DNA of 64,000 bases from Octopus bimaculoides. Taxonomy: Eukaryota. Each line of letters starts with the position of its first letter. The first letter of the stretch is position 1. The DNA is taken from assembly GCF_001194135.2 (NCBI RefSeq), contig NC_068984.1, forward strand, positions 66,453,950-66,517,949, given 5' to 3'. The position numbers were made by a program, and so were the translations under genes. Below, piece by piece: positions 25,668 through 37,185 of this stretch. The notes below the pieces were generated by a model, which was not told the origin of the DNA, made no database searches, and worked only from the letters and a program-made list of their open reading frames with translations.

Positions 25668-25672
<5 letters not shown>

Positions 25673-26276
25673 CCCTTCTGCTTCACTCTCTCAATGTCTC
25701 ATTCTCTCTCACTAACTCATGCTGATATGAATGCCACTAGGGCTCTCTGAAGGTGTTACAATTATCAAAATAGACATGGTGCCATGTTACCATTATGTCC
25801 TATAATTGTCTAGGATATACTTGATTTCATTCGAGCCACTGTATAATGTTAAATTTAACTCGGGAACTCTTTATCTAATAAGATAAAGCCTATAAGATAT
25901 TTCAACAAGTATGGGTTATCAGTGGTCAAGTCTGCCTAAGCAGATTATTTCCGATGGAGGTGGTGTTAAACCTTGATTAATTCTTCTTCACTGAAAGGCA
26001 GCAATGATAGTTCTAGGAATAAGTTGATTTCAATGCTTCATTAATTTCAATTAATGATTATAAGGAAAACCTTAAGCACTTGGACAATTTATTCATACAT
26101 ACATAGGAACACACGCATATACATGCAATTATGCACATAACAAATATGAATGTATACGTATTAAACTGAAGCTACTGAGTTATGTTTGTCTATAGATTAT
26201 ATTCATAACATTAATTAATGAATACCATATATATCATATATATATCATACACACACACACACACACACATACACAC

Positions 26277-26307
<31 letters not shown>

Positions 26308-26611
26308 ATGTCTGTAGCTGTCACTGCTGTGCCTGCTAACAATGATTAGATTTTCCTCTAAGCATGAAAATTAATAATTTCCTATGAAATTAATTCATTA
26401 TTCCATGAGATTACCGCTACTTGTCTTTGATACTTGTAAACAGTTGCCACTAGGTTTTTGTTTTCTTTCTCTAACAAAGGGGTAAAAATTCATTAAGAAT
26501 GTTTTGTGTTCATCATCTAAGTACATTTCCTCCAATGTGATTTATCTAAATTCATGCCATTTGTCTGTTTGAGCTATTTCTCCTTGATCATCATCATCAT
26601 CATCATTGTGT

Positions 26612-26661
<50 letters not shown>

Positions 26662-27186
26662 AAATGTATGTATGTATATTGTATGTTGTTTATTTGTCTA
26701 TCATCAATTCATAAGAAACTAATTAATTTTCAATGTTAAATTTTAATTGTAACAAGTAATATCTGATAAACTTGATTAGCAAAATTTGCTAGCAAATGTT
26801 ATTTTATCAGCCTATACAAAACAGAGCAGCATCTTCATATTCTCAAAGAAAGTTTGTCAGCTGCATCTCTTTTACATATTGTCATTCTGACAATGTCCAT
26901 CATTTCCAACCATGACAGAGTTATTGATATAGATAACTAGAAACAAATGAAAATGTAATTGTATTATGTATAGCATTACCCATAGAGATAAAAGAAACAC
27001 CCCTCACACACATACAGATTGCTGAGAAACAGGCTCATCTTCATATGCACATAAACATTAATACTCTACTAAAAGTTAAACAGCCAATGAAGTGCCTTTT
27101 ACATTATTGCTCAGAAATAGCAAAGTCTTCATGAAAAAGAAAAAATCATACTTCACTATTTGAAAATTAAGAAACATATTTTAATA

Positions 27187-27636
27187 TAGGCCTAGCTGTG
27201 TGGTTCAGAGGTCTGCTTGTCAGTCATGTAGATTTAGTCCCACTGCAAAGCATCTTGGGTAAGTGTCTTCTAATGTAACCACTTGCCAACCAAAGTCTTG
27301 TGAATGGAGTTGATACCTCTGGGCCAATAAAAGCTTTGTGAGTGGATATGGTTGGTGAAAACTGAAAGAAGCCTGTCATACATATGTATGTGTGTATGTG
27401 AATGCATGTGTGAGTTAGTGTCCCCTTGTCTTGATAGAGGATGAGTGATGTAAACTATCATTACCATTGTACAAATGGTGTTGTTTGTTTCCAATCTACT
27501 ATGAAAGCAGGTCAAATCATGGGGAAAATAAATGAAGTTGAAAACAGGAAGAGTATCTGGCCATAGAAAATATGCCTCAACAAATTCTATCTGAGTTATG
27601 CAAGAATGGAAATTTGGGCATTAAAATGATGATGAT
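27187..27636 (+). mobile_element. SINE family A, RTE-tail variant
   Basis: Head, microsatellite, CCCCTTGTCTTGA middle, RTE tail ending ATGATGATGAT. Confidence 0.8.
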
Positions 27637-27755
27637 ATCAGATAATGGTTCTCCCTAACTAAACCAAACAAGCCAATAGTTAAAATATGTAGACATAAAC
27701 CATATGGTCTCGTAGATGTATTTCATAGAGACAAACACAGATATGTGCAGACAGA

Positions 27756-27797
<42 letters not shown>

Positions 27798-28492
27798 TAC
27801 ATAATATTTTCAATTAAGAAATGTTGAAACAATTTTCCTTTGGTCACTAGTCCCTTTCATATGCTTGAAATGAAAAGATGCTCTGTTTTCTTTCAGTGAT
27901 CCATCAAATACAACAAGCTTTTCTCTTAAACTTCAAATATTGAGAAAATATCTCTTCTTCAAATAAATAAGTTGCTTCTGTTTTAACCTCTATGATGTTT
28001 TATTATTTATTGCTGTGCTACCTTCAAATCTTAAGTACCTTTAAATAACCTACATTTAATTTGTAACAAATATGTTTACCACTGTTTAACTTGCTTCTGG
28101 AATTTGAAATTTAAAGATTTCACTAACATTGATTATTATAAGATTTGATTCTTTAAATAGCAAGTATCTATTCTGGCTTCTGTATAATATATTTAATATA
28201 AAAGAGGTTATCTGGACCAAAGATCAAGGCATTTACTTAATAAAAACCATGAAATTTTAATCACATCATGATAAAGGTTATCAGGATGTAAATTTTGTTT
28301 TTCTTGCAAACATGAACATTTGCTAAACTCCAAGAATGGTGAAAAAGTATCAGAACTATTTCCATGAGATTTAAACTCATAAAAACTATTTTAAGAAAGG
28401 CTATAATCATGTACTTGCCTACAGCAAAAATTCATGTGAAAGGCTGAATGCAAGCACATTGAAAAAGCAGCTGGGTATGAAAGATGTTGATT

Positions 28493-28533
<41 letters not shown>

Positions 28534-28927
28534 AAGCAGTGGCAGCACTAGTATTTTTTAAAATTATTATTTAATCTAAAGAAGAGGATTATGAGAATGA
28601 AGATGCTGAAACCTGAGAATTAGTATAAAAACCTTTTCACCTTTAGGGATTGTCACTAAAGTCTCTCCTGTTGACTGTAACATTTATTCCATTACACCTA
28701 ATAAACCTCTGTTTTGGTTTTCCAAACAAAGCATACAGCATTCAATTTATCACTCCTTAACATATTTTATTCACATTTTGGTTATTGACCTTCTTGATTT
28801 ATTAATACATTTTATTTATTAATTCATTTATTTAATTTAGTTATGTAAATTATACTGATCAAAAATTATTTATAACTCTATATGTAAATGCCTTTGTCTG
28901 CTTATTAAGCAATCTTCTTTAGATTAT

Positions 28928-28969
28928 ACTTTACTGATGAGATCTAAAACTCTGAAACATGTCTGCAGT
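28928..28969 (+). ncRNA. Degenerate minimal type I hammerhead-ribozyme-like motif
   Basis: ACTTTA CTGATGA GA-TCTAAAAC-TC T GAAA C AT GT C TGCAGT; stem I 5/6 pairs, palindromic ACATGT stem III, GUC site. Confidence 0.45.
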
Positions 28970-29274
28970 TGTTTCTTGCCCACAAACACCAATCCTACCT
29001 TCTCCTAAACTTGTAAATGAACCCCAAGAAATTGAATCTTAATTTTTTTAAATTATCTCCCTTTTCCTTGAGTTTTTTTCTTAATATTTGTTAATCATAT
29101 TCAATTAAAAACAGAAATTTCAGTTAAGAGATTTTCTTTCCTTTTCTTTTTTTCTCTCTCTGCATACAACATTCAGTACATCACCTCTTATGATAGAAAT
29201 AGAAATTCTTAAGAATGACTAATAGGCATTGTGATGAAATGGTATCACTCCAAATGATTACTAGTAATAATGGT

Positions 29275-29735
29275 CACCAATATGATATCTGATTTAGGTG
29301 CAAACCCAGCAATTTGCGGGGAAAGGATAGTAATTGATATTTTCAATCCCTCTTCTTAACTGGTACAATGTTATCAACTCTGATGAGATAAAAAGGCAAT
29401 GTTGAATTCACTGGGATATGAACCCAGAATGTGAAGAGCTGGAATGAATGCTACAAATAATTTTTTTCTGATGCTCTAATGATTTTGCCAGTTTGTCACA
29501 ATTATAATTACCATTAATATCAGTTTCCAATTTTGGCACAGGGCCAGCAGTTTCAGGGAAGGGGCTAAGTCGGTTAGATTGACCCCAGTGCTCAACTGGG
29601 ACTTATTTTACCAACCCCCAAAAAATGAAAGGGCAAATTGACTTCAGCATAATTTGAACTCAAAACATCTAGATGAACGAAATTCCATTAAGCATTTTGC
29701 CCTATGTGCCAACGATTCTGCCAGCTTGCTGCTTT
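29275..29735 (-). mobile_element. Two tandem SINE family D copies
   Basis: Units at 29275-29500 and 29522-29735. Confidence 0.8.
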
Positions 29736-29892
29736 ATAAGTACCATTAATATTATAACTTAAAATGTATAATTTATTTTTTTATTTAATTGATTTGATCT
29801 TACTGAAGAGCTTGTGCCCACAACCTTTAGAGCTTCTCTGAGACAGGTAATGATAATAATTCCTAAGTAAATATTCTGCAACATGGCTATAC

Positions 29893-30308
29893 ATGTGATG
29901 TGGATGTGTGGTAAGAGGTTTGCTTCCTAACCACAAGGTTCTGAGTTCAGTTCCACTGCATGGCCCCATGGGTACTGTAGCCCTGAGCCAACCAAAGCCT
30001 TATCAGTAGATTTGGTTGACAGAAACTGAAAGAAGTCCATTGTGTATAAATGTATACATCTATGTGTGTGTGTGTGTGTGTGCGAGCGTGCATGTGTGTG
30101 CCTCTTTATGTTTGTATCTACCACCTATTGGCAAATTGGTGTTGGTTTGTTTTTGTCCCTGTGAATTAACAGTTAGGCAAAAGAGACTGAAAGGATAAGC
30201 ATCAGACTTTCAAATAAGAAACATGTACTGGGGCAGTTTACTTGACTAAACCATTCAAGGCAGTGCTCTAACATGACTGTAGTCCAATGACTAAATCAGG
30301 TAAAAGTT
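29893..30308 (+). mobile_element. SINE family A (TAAAAG-type tail)
   Basis: Head, (TG)n, body, CCAATGACTAAATCAGGTAAAAG. Confidence 0.8.
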
Positions 30309-30383
30309 AACATAATTTGTGCCATGAATAATTTTAGTTTAATTTCTTTTATTTGTTCGGGTATTTTTCTCCTTTTGTCATAA

Positions 30384-30385
<2 letters not shown>

Positions 30386-30422
<37 letters not shown>

Positions 30423-31580
30423 GTTTAATGTCCGCTTTTCATGCTGGCATGGGTCGGACTGTTTGACTGAGGACTGGTGAGCCAGATGGCTGCATCGGCT
30501 CCAATCTAATCTGGCAGAGTTTCTACAGCAGGATGGCCTTCCTAACACCAACCACTCTGAGAGTGTAGTGGGTACGTTTATGTGCCACTGACATGAGGGC
30601 CAGTAAGGCGGCCCTGGCAACGGCCATGGCAACGGCCATGCTCAAAAGATGTTTTCTACGTGCCACCTGCACAGGAGCCAGTCCAGCGGCACTGGCAACG
30701 ACCTCACTCGATGTTGTCTTTCATGTGCCAGTAAGGCAATGCTGGTAATGATAATTCTCAAATGGTGCTTTTTACATGCCACCGGCATGGGAGCCAGTCA
30801 GTGGGCCTGGCAACGATCACACTCAGATGGTGCTCTTAGCGCTCCACTAGCATGGATGCCAGTCAAGTGGTTCTGTCATTGAATTTGATTTCGATTTCAC
30901 TTGCCTCAGCAGGTCTTCGCAAGCAGAGTTTAGCGTCCAATGAAGGAAAGGTACACATAAGTGGGCTGGTTACACCACTAGCATAGGCCACGGGTTATGG
31001 TCTCACTTGGTTTGCCAGGTCTTCCAAAGATCTCAATCACTAGTCATTCCCTCGGTGAGGCCTAATGTTCAAAAGTCGTGCTTCACCACGTCATCCCAGG
31101 TCTTCCTGGGTCTACCTCTTCCACAGGTTCCCTCAACCGCTAGGGTGTGACACTTTTTCACACAGCTATCTTCATCCATTCTCACCACATGACCATACCA
31201 GCACAGTCATCTCTCTTGCACACCATATCTGATGCTTCTTAGGTCCAACTTTTCTCTCAAGGTACTTACACTCTGTCAAGTATGCACACTGACATTACAC
31301 ATCCAGCGGAGCATACTGGCTTTGTTTCTTGCAAGCTTACACATGTCCTCAGCAGTCATGGCCCATGTTTCACTGCCATGAAGCATGGCTGTTCGTACAT
31401 ATGCCTCATACAGTCTACCTGTTACTCTGAGTGAGAGGCCCTTTGTCACCAGAAGAGGTAGTGGCTCTCTGAACTTTGCCCAGGCTATTCTTATTTTAGT
31501 AGCTACACTTTCAGAGCACCCACCCCCGCTACTGACTTGGTCACCTAGGTAATGGAAGCTATCAACTACTTCTAGTTTTG
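30386..31580 (-). mobile_element. RTE LINE, 5'-truncated: RT C-terminal remnant, 3' UTR and (GAT)n tail
   Basis: KLEVVDSFHYLGDQVSSGGGCSES...AWAKFRE.LPLL...GRLYEAYVRTAMLHGSETW...ASMLRWMCNVSV; RGRPRKTWDDVVK further 3'. Confidence 0.95.
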
Positions 31581-32948
31581 AATTAAATATTCTGTTACAC
31601 TTAAATTGCAAAGTAATCATTTTTTCTTTCACCTTATAAAAAATACCACCTTACATAAAAATTCATGTAAGGTCACCAGTATTCATACACACACCACATA
31701 TACAAACATTCATTGACACATTGTTTTAATACCTTTGGTTAATTGGTGGGCTAAGGTTTGTCGATGTAGACAAGAGAAAATTTAATATGCAAATGAAATC
31801 CTGAGAAAATGAAGATAGAGATATCACACCGAACCAAAACCTTGTTGTAACAATAAAAACAAAATATGTTAATTGCCATTACACCTGACTAATTAACTAA
31901 TGCTCAGGTGGGTTTCTCAGACAGTTTTATCTTAGCACCAGTGAAGTCTGACATTATCAATTTTGATAAAAGTGACAAGAACTAATGCTTATGGCACCTA
32001 CCAACACATATACATAGCTCACACTATAATTTATATCCTTTGTTATCATGATTATCTCTGACAGACCTAGCCAACCCATCACAAAACTAAAAGTGTGGGT
32101 GAGTGGATGAGGTATCAATTATTGCATCGATTGCTGCCATCAATATCTTTTGTCATTTCCAAAATGCTTTATTTATAATCATTTTCATTGGCTTTTACAT
32201 CAGTTATTCTTTATCTATAAGCTTTTAAAATAGATGTTGGAATATTGCCCTGCCACCAGGAACATTTGCTTTGCATTTCATGCATGCTGTCATTTGCTCT
32301 TATGAGAGGAAGCTAACTGTAGCTGCTATGCCAAAGCCAATTACATTATTAATGGTAAATATGGCTGCAAAAGTATTGTATACTATGTAGTAACAACAAG
32401 GAATGATCAGTGAAATGAGTTGCATTGAATTATTTAAGAATACCTTTAAAATTTGCCACCTACAACATATCAAAGCCTGATAATACAAACAAGCAATTCT
32501 AGATTGCTACAATGATGATGATGATGGTGATGATGATGATGGATGATAAAACACTTAGTGCAATGCTTTGTTCTTACTGGACTGAGAATGTGACCCAGCT
32601 TTGGTTCTCAATTAGAATTCTTCACTTAGATTCTATCATTAAAATTAAATTCTAGAACACCAGGAATGGTAACAAAAGCATCAACAACAGATCCAATCTT
32701 TACAGCTGCAGTAACATTACCAATAATGTCAATGATGAATGTCTATGTGGTTTATGTTTTCAGAGGATATTTAATAGATATGTTTAGTAGATTACTTAAC
32801 CTACTAGAAATAACAGACAAATCTCCGTAGAAACACCATCTACCATCTTAGAAAGAAAGGCATATGGGACAATTTAGTTACATATATATATATATATATA
32901 TATACATTTTGCTGGCAAGAAAGTAAATTATGAATGCAGTAAAGCTCG

Positions 32949-33013
32949 CAGCTACAGGACTTGAACCTGAACCCCTCAGATACTGGCTGAATGCTCTAGC
33001 CATTAAGCTGAAC
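32949..33013 (-). pseudogene. tRNA-like sequence (anticodon loop CC-AGT-AT)
   Basis: TCAGCTTAATGGCTAGAGC A-box, TCAG/CTGA stem with 7-nt loop, CAGG-TTCAAGT-CCTG T-arm; acceptor stem poor. Confidence 0.5.
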
Positions 33014-33225
33014 AACCCCTACCCCCCAACAACAATTACCATCAAATTTAATACTAAATTGTAGCTTTCAAATGAGACAACAGTTCATTAAAAGACTTTG
33101 GAAGGATCGAATAGGGTTGGGATTTTGCAGACAAGAAAGTAAATTTCAAATGCAATAAAGCTATAAGGACAGCAGAGAATGATTGGGTATTTACCCTAAT
33201 AAGATGGGAAGAAGCTGCCAGAAGG

Positions 33226-33292
33226 CAGCTATGGGACTTGAACCCATAACTGTCAGATGCTGACTGAGTGCTCTAGCCATGAAGCTAAATGG
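33226..33292 (-). pseudogene. tRNA-like sequence (anticodon loop TC-AGC-AT)
   Basis: TTAGCTTCATGGCTAGAGC, TCAG/CTGA stem, ATGGG-TTCAAGT-CCCAT T-arm. Confidence 0.5.
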
Positions 33293-33959
33293 TCTCCTCG
33301 ACAACAATTACCATCAAATTTAATAGTAAATTATAGCTTCAAATCTGACAACATATTACAAACAATGTATCTATATATATTTAAATTTTGTACTGGAAGT
33401 AACTCTATAAGGTAAACATTATCAATGTGAAATACTTAAAGTGCATTGCTAAATTCTTTTAGGCTATGGTGTTTTGTCCAGAGAATGTCCTCTTAAAGAT
33501 GTAGGTGGTTAAGAAGCATAGCATACTACAAAGCCAGACTAAATAAACTGCCCAAGAGGTGAACAATAATGATAGATATCAATATTTCATAGTTATTTCT
33601 GCTTATTGGTGCTGTATACTTGATTCATTCTCAAAGCATATTCAAATTGCTGGCCTAAAGTATGTGCAGATAATGTAAAATATATATGCTGATGTGCAAG
33701 GGCCATTGCACAAGTAAAACAAAATTCAAATTTTGTGTTTGAAACAGCCCCATAATGTAAACATTATCAATGTCACAATTCTGCATGCCATATGAATCAA
33801 GTATATGGCAATGAGAGCAGAAATAACTGAAATATTGATATCTATAGTTCTCATTCACCTCCAGGTTGTTTCTTTTCACTTAGCTTTGTATGATGAGTGA
33901 TTATGATTGACTTTCTTTTCGAAGATGATGTATGAGTGTTCAACCTTTTTGTCAAGTGA

Positions 33960-34135
33960 CCTCCACAAAGGATTTGCTTATAATGATCAAATGTATGTGC
34001 TGTACATTACTTTACTGCCCCCATCAAATCTACATTGCCTGAACAGGTGCACAGTATGATCGCAGAGCAATGTGAGATGAAGTACTTTGCTCAGTAATAA
34101 TGCACCACCTGGTCTAGGAATTGAAACTATAATTT
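33960..34135 (-). mobile_element. SINE family F fragment lying inside the disrupted hammerhead repeat unit
   Basis: Homologous to 20020-20230 (GAGCAATGTGAGATGAAGTACTTTGCTCA...GGAATTGAAAC). Confidence 0.7.
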
Positions 34136-34350
34136 TCCCTCAAAAAAATACTGCAACCTAAAAGCTTTTAACAATATACATACATTAAGCATGTGACATT
34201 GTTAATATTTACATTGTATATCTGCTTCTAACACAAAATTGAATTTGGTTTATTTGTGAGGTACTGTTGCACGTCAAGAGATCGATTTTATAATATCTGT
34301 AAACACTTCAGGCTTGTGATTCAAATTTGTATCAAGGGTGAATTGAGTAT

Positions 34351-34397
34351 ATGACACTGATGAGCAAAAATAACTGTGAAATATCAATATCTGTCAT
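34351..34397 (+). ncRNA. Type I hammerhead ribozyme, copy 1 (intact core)
   Basis: ATGACA CTGATGA GCA-AAAATAAC-TGT GAAA TAT-CA-ATA T C^ TGTCAT; 6-bp stem I, AUC site after 34391. Confidence 0.75.
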
Positions 34398-34578
34398 TTC
34401 TGTTCATCTCCAGGGTAGTTCATTTCTCCCATCTTTAAAGTATTACATGTTTTTCAACACTACATCTTTAATAGCACCTTCTCAGGATGAAATACCATAG
34501 CCTAAAAGTGTTTAACAACACACATACATTGAGTATGTGACATCAGTTAGTATATATGCATATACAAGAATTGAGTAT

Positions 34579-34625
34579 ATGGCACCAATGAGCAGAAATA
34601 ACTGTGAAATGTCAATATCTGTCAT
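34579..34625 (+). ncRNA. Type I hammerhead ribozyme, copy 2 (core mutated to CCAATGA)
   Basis: ATGGCA CCAATGA GCAG-AAATAA-CTGT GAAA TGT-CA-ATA T C^ TGTCAT. Confidence 0.65.
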
Positions 34626-34899
34626 TTTCTTTCATCTGAAGAGTAGTTAATTTCTTCTGATTTTGAAGTGTTACATGTTTTTCAACACACTACATCTTTA
34701 ATGAGACCTTCCCAGGATTAAATACCACACCTTGAAAATGTTCAACAATACACATGCATTGAGTATGTGACATTGGTAATGTATATGTATATAGAAGAAT
34801 TGGTCTTGATGTCTGAATCGCCATTGATCACAGGTCTGCTTAATAAAGGCTGTCTTGCAACTAAACAACAACAAATGAATGAACATGTTTATATGGCTG

Positions 34900-35212
34900 A
34901 TTGTAAATGGCATATATACAAGAATATATCTATGAGTGAATGTGAGTGTAGGTATGTTTGTGTCTCCTGGTCTTGACATTGAGTGATAGTTGTAAATGAA
35001 TTTCACTGTCGTACAAACAGTGTCATTCATTTCTAATATTCTGCAAAAATATCTACTCAGTGAGAAATGTTACCTTGCTTGGAAACAGAGGAGAATTGGT
35101 AACAGGAAGAACACCTGGCTATAGAAAAATCTATCTCAATAAACTCTGTATGACTTTTACACTCTATCTGGCCCTTACAAGAACAGAAAAGTGGACATTA
35201 AAAATGATGATG
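34900..35212 (+). mobile_element. SINE family A RTE-tail variant, 3' part
   Basis: GTCTCCTGGTCTTGACAT...TTACCTTGCTTGGAAACAG...GTGGACATTAAAAATGATGATGAT. Confidence 0.75.
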
Positions 35213-35241
35213 ATCATCATATATATGTGTGTGTGTGTATC

Positions 35242-35798
35242 CATCATCATCATCGTTTAACGTCTGCTTTTCATGCTAGCATGAGTTGGACCATTTGACT
35301 GAGGACTGGCAAACCAGATGGCTGCACCAGGCTCCAATCTGATTTGGCAGATTTTCAACAGCTGGATGCCCTTCCTAACACCAACCACTCTGAGAGTGTA
35401 GTGGGTGCTTTTACGTGCCGCTGGCAACAGCTATGCTCAAATGGTGTTTTTTACGTGCCACCTGCACAGGAGCCAGTTTGGCGGCACTGGCCTTGACCTC
35501 GCTTGAATGTTTTCTCATGTGCCACCGGCACAAGTGCCAGTAAGGCGACGCTGGTAACGATCACACTCAAAAGGTGCTTTTTGCATGCCACTGGCATGGA
35601 AGCCAGACAGCTGCTCTTGCAATGATCACACTAGTATGGTCCTGTTAGTGCTCCACTGGCACGGGTGCCAGTCATCGAATTTGGCTCGATTTCGATTTCG
35701 CTTGCCTCATCAGGTCTTTTGCAAGCAGAGTTTAGTGTCCAATGAAGGAAAGGTATGCATAAGTGGGTTGGTTATACCACTGGCAAAGGCCACGGGTT
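35242..35798 (-). mobile_element. RTE LINE 3' UTR copy
   Basis: Reverse complement of 350-953. Confidence 0.9.
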
Positions 35799-35854
35799 AA
35801 CCAGTATCCCTATACACACATATTAATACATACTAACATATGTAAGTTTATTGG

Positions 35855-36068
35855 TTTCAAATTTTGGCACAAGGCCAGAATGTTCAGAGGAAGGGCTAAG
35901 TCAATTACATCAACTCCAGTACTCAACTGGTACTTATTTTATCGACCTCAAAAGAATGAAAGGCAAAGTCAAACTCAGCAGAATTTGAACTCAGAATGTA
36001 AAAATGGATAGAATGTCGCTAAGCATTTTGTCCAGCATGCTAATGATTCTGCCAGCTTGGCAACTTAC
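35855..36068 (-). mobile_element. SINE family D (partial second copy at 36085-36180)
   Basis: Full family D motifs. Confidence 0.85.
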
Positions 36069-36409
36069 TCTTATAATATCAATTTTAATTTTTGGGGCAA
36101 GGCCAGCCATTTTGGAGGATGGGTTAAGTCAATTTCATGGACCCCAAAAGGATGTAAGGCAAAAAGACAAAAGCAGGAAACGTCAAGGAGTTTCATATAA
36201 ATCAGACCACTGGTTATTGAGATATACGGTTTTTTTCAGGTACCTTTAAAAATAGCCAAACTGGCATATAATGGAAAAAATGCTTTGAAAGTAAGGCAGC
36301 ATTGAAATGTGAATACACACAGAATAACAGAAGTTTCACGTAAATCGGACCAGAGATATGCGGGTTTTTTGGTTATCTTGAACTATTGGTGGCCCAACGG
36401 ATCACGAGT

Positions 36410-36418
36410 AGTCTAGTA

Positions 36419-36459
<41 letters not shown>

Positions 36460-36695
36460 TTATCTGTGTGTGTGTCTTTGTGTCTGTGTTTGTCTCCCTC
36501 TCCCATCATTGCTTGACAACTGGTGCTGGTGTTTTTATACCCCCCATAATTTAGCTCTTCAGCAAAGGAGTCTGATAGAATTAGTGCTAGGCTTTAAAAA
36601 AAGTACTGGGGTCAATTTATTTGTCTAAGAAAATTCTTCAAGGCAGTGCTCCAGCATGGCCACAGCCAAATGACTGAAACAAGTAAAATAATATA
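36410..36695 (+). mobile_element. SINE family A, 3' part
   Basis: Microsatellite, TTGCTTGACAACTGGTGCTGG, GCTCCAGCATGGCCACAG...TGACTGAAACAAGTAAAA. Confidence 0.8.
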
Positions 36696-37147
36696 AACAT
36701 TTAAGAAACATTTTAGTAAAGCTAAATATATATTTATTAGACCTATCCATGTGAATTTATATACAGCCTCTACACACATATGCGCACACACTTATACAAC
36801 ATTCACACCACCTATGTACACATATATGTATGTAGGTGTGTATATTTCTTAGCTGAAGTGTGTGTATAGTGTGTATATTTCTGTTATATTGCATTGGCAT
36901 TGCATTCATGATAGCATCTGTTAAGCCCACAAACCTCTCTGCTGTATGACACAGCATGCAAATAACTGTCTGTACATGCACACATGCTACATATGTTTCT
37001 GTGTATGTGGGTGTATATATTTATGTCTACATGCATGCGTGCATGACAAGTTTGTTGTCAAATACTATAACCATATTCTTAATGGGCTGTTCCTCCGGAA
37101 AATAATTTCTTTAAATGTTCTTCATTATTCATTTATCATTATTATTG

Positions 37148-37185
<38 letters not shown>

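Larger units (their letters stand above)
32911..33352 (-). repeat. Tandem pair of ~170-225-bp units, each containing a tRNA-like module
   Basis: Units 32911-33081 and 33127-33352 share flanks on both sides of the tRNA-like segment. Confidence 0.85.
33794..34801 (+). repeat. ~228-bp tandem repeat (two full units plus a disrupted third) carrying hammerhead ribozymes; retrozyme-like
   Basis: Units 34340-34567 and 34568-34796; fragments of a further unit at 33794-33865 and 34147-34220. Confidence 0.9.

Noticed and set aside
32949-33292. Functional tRNA-Thr/Ala genes
   Set aside because: Acceptor and D stems do not pair well and the anticodon loops lack the invariant U; treated as tRNA-derived repeats.
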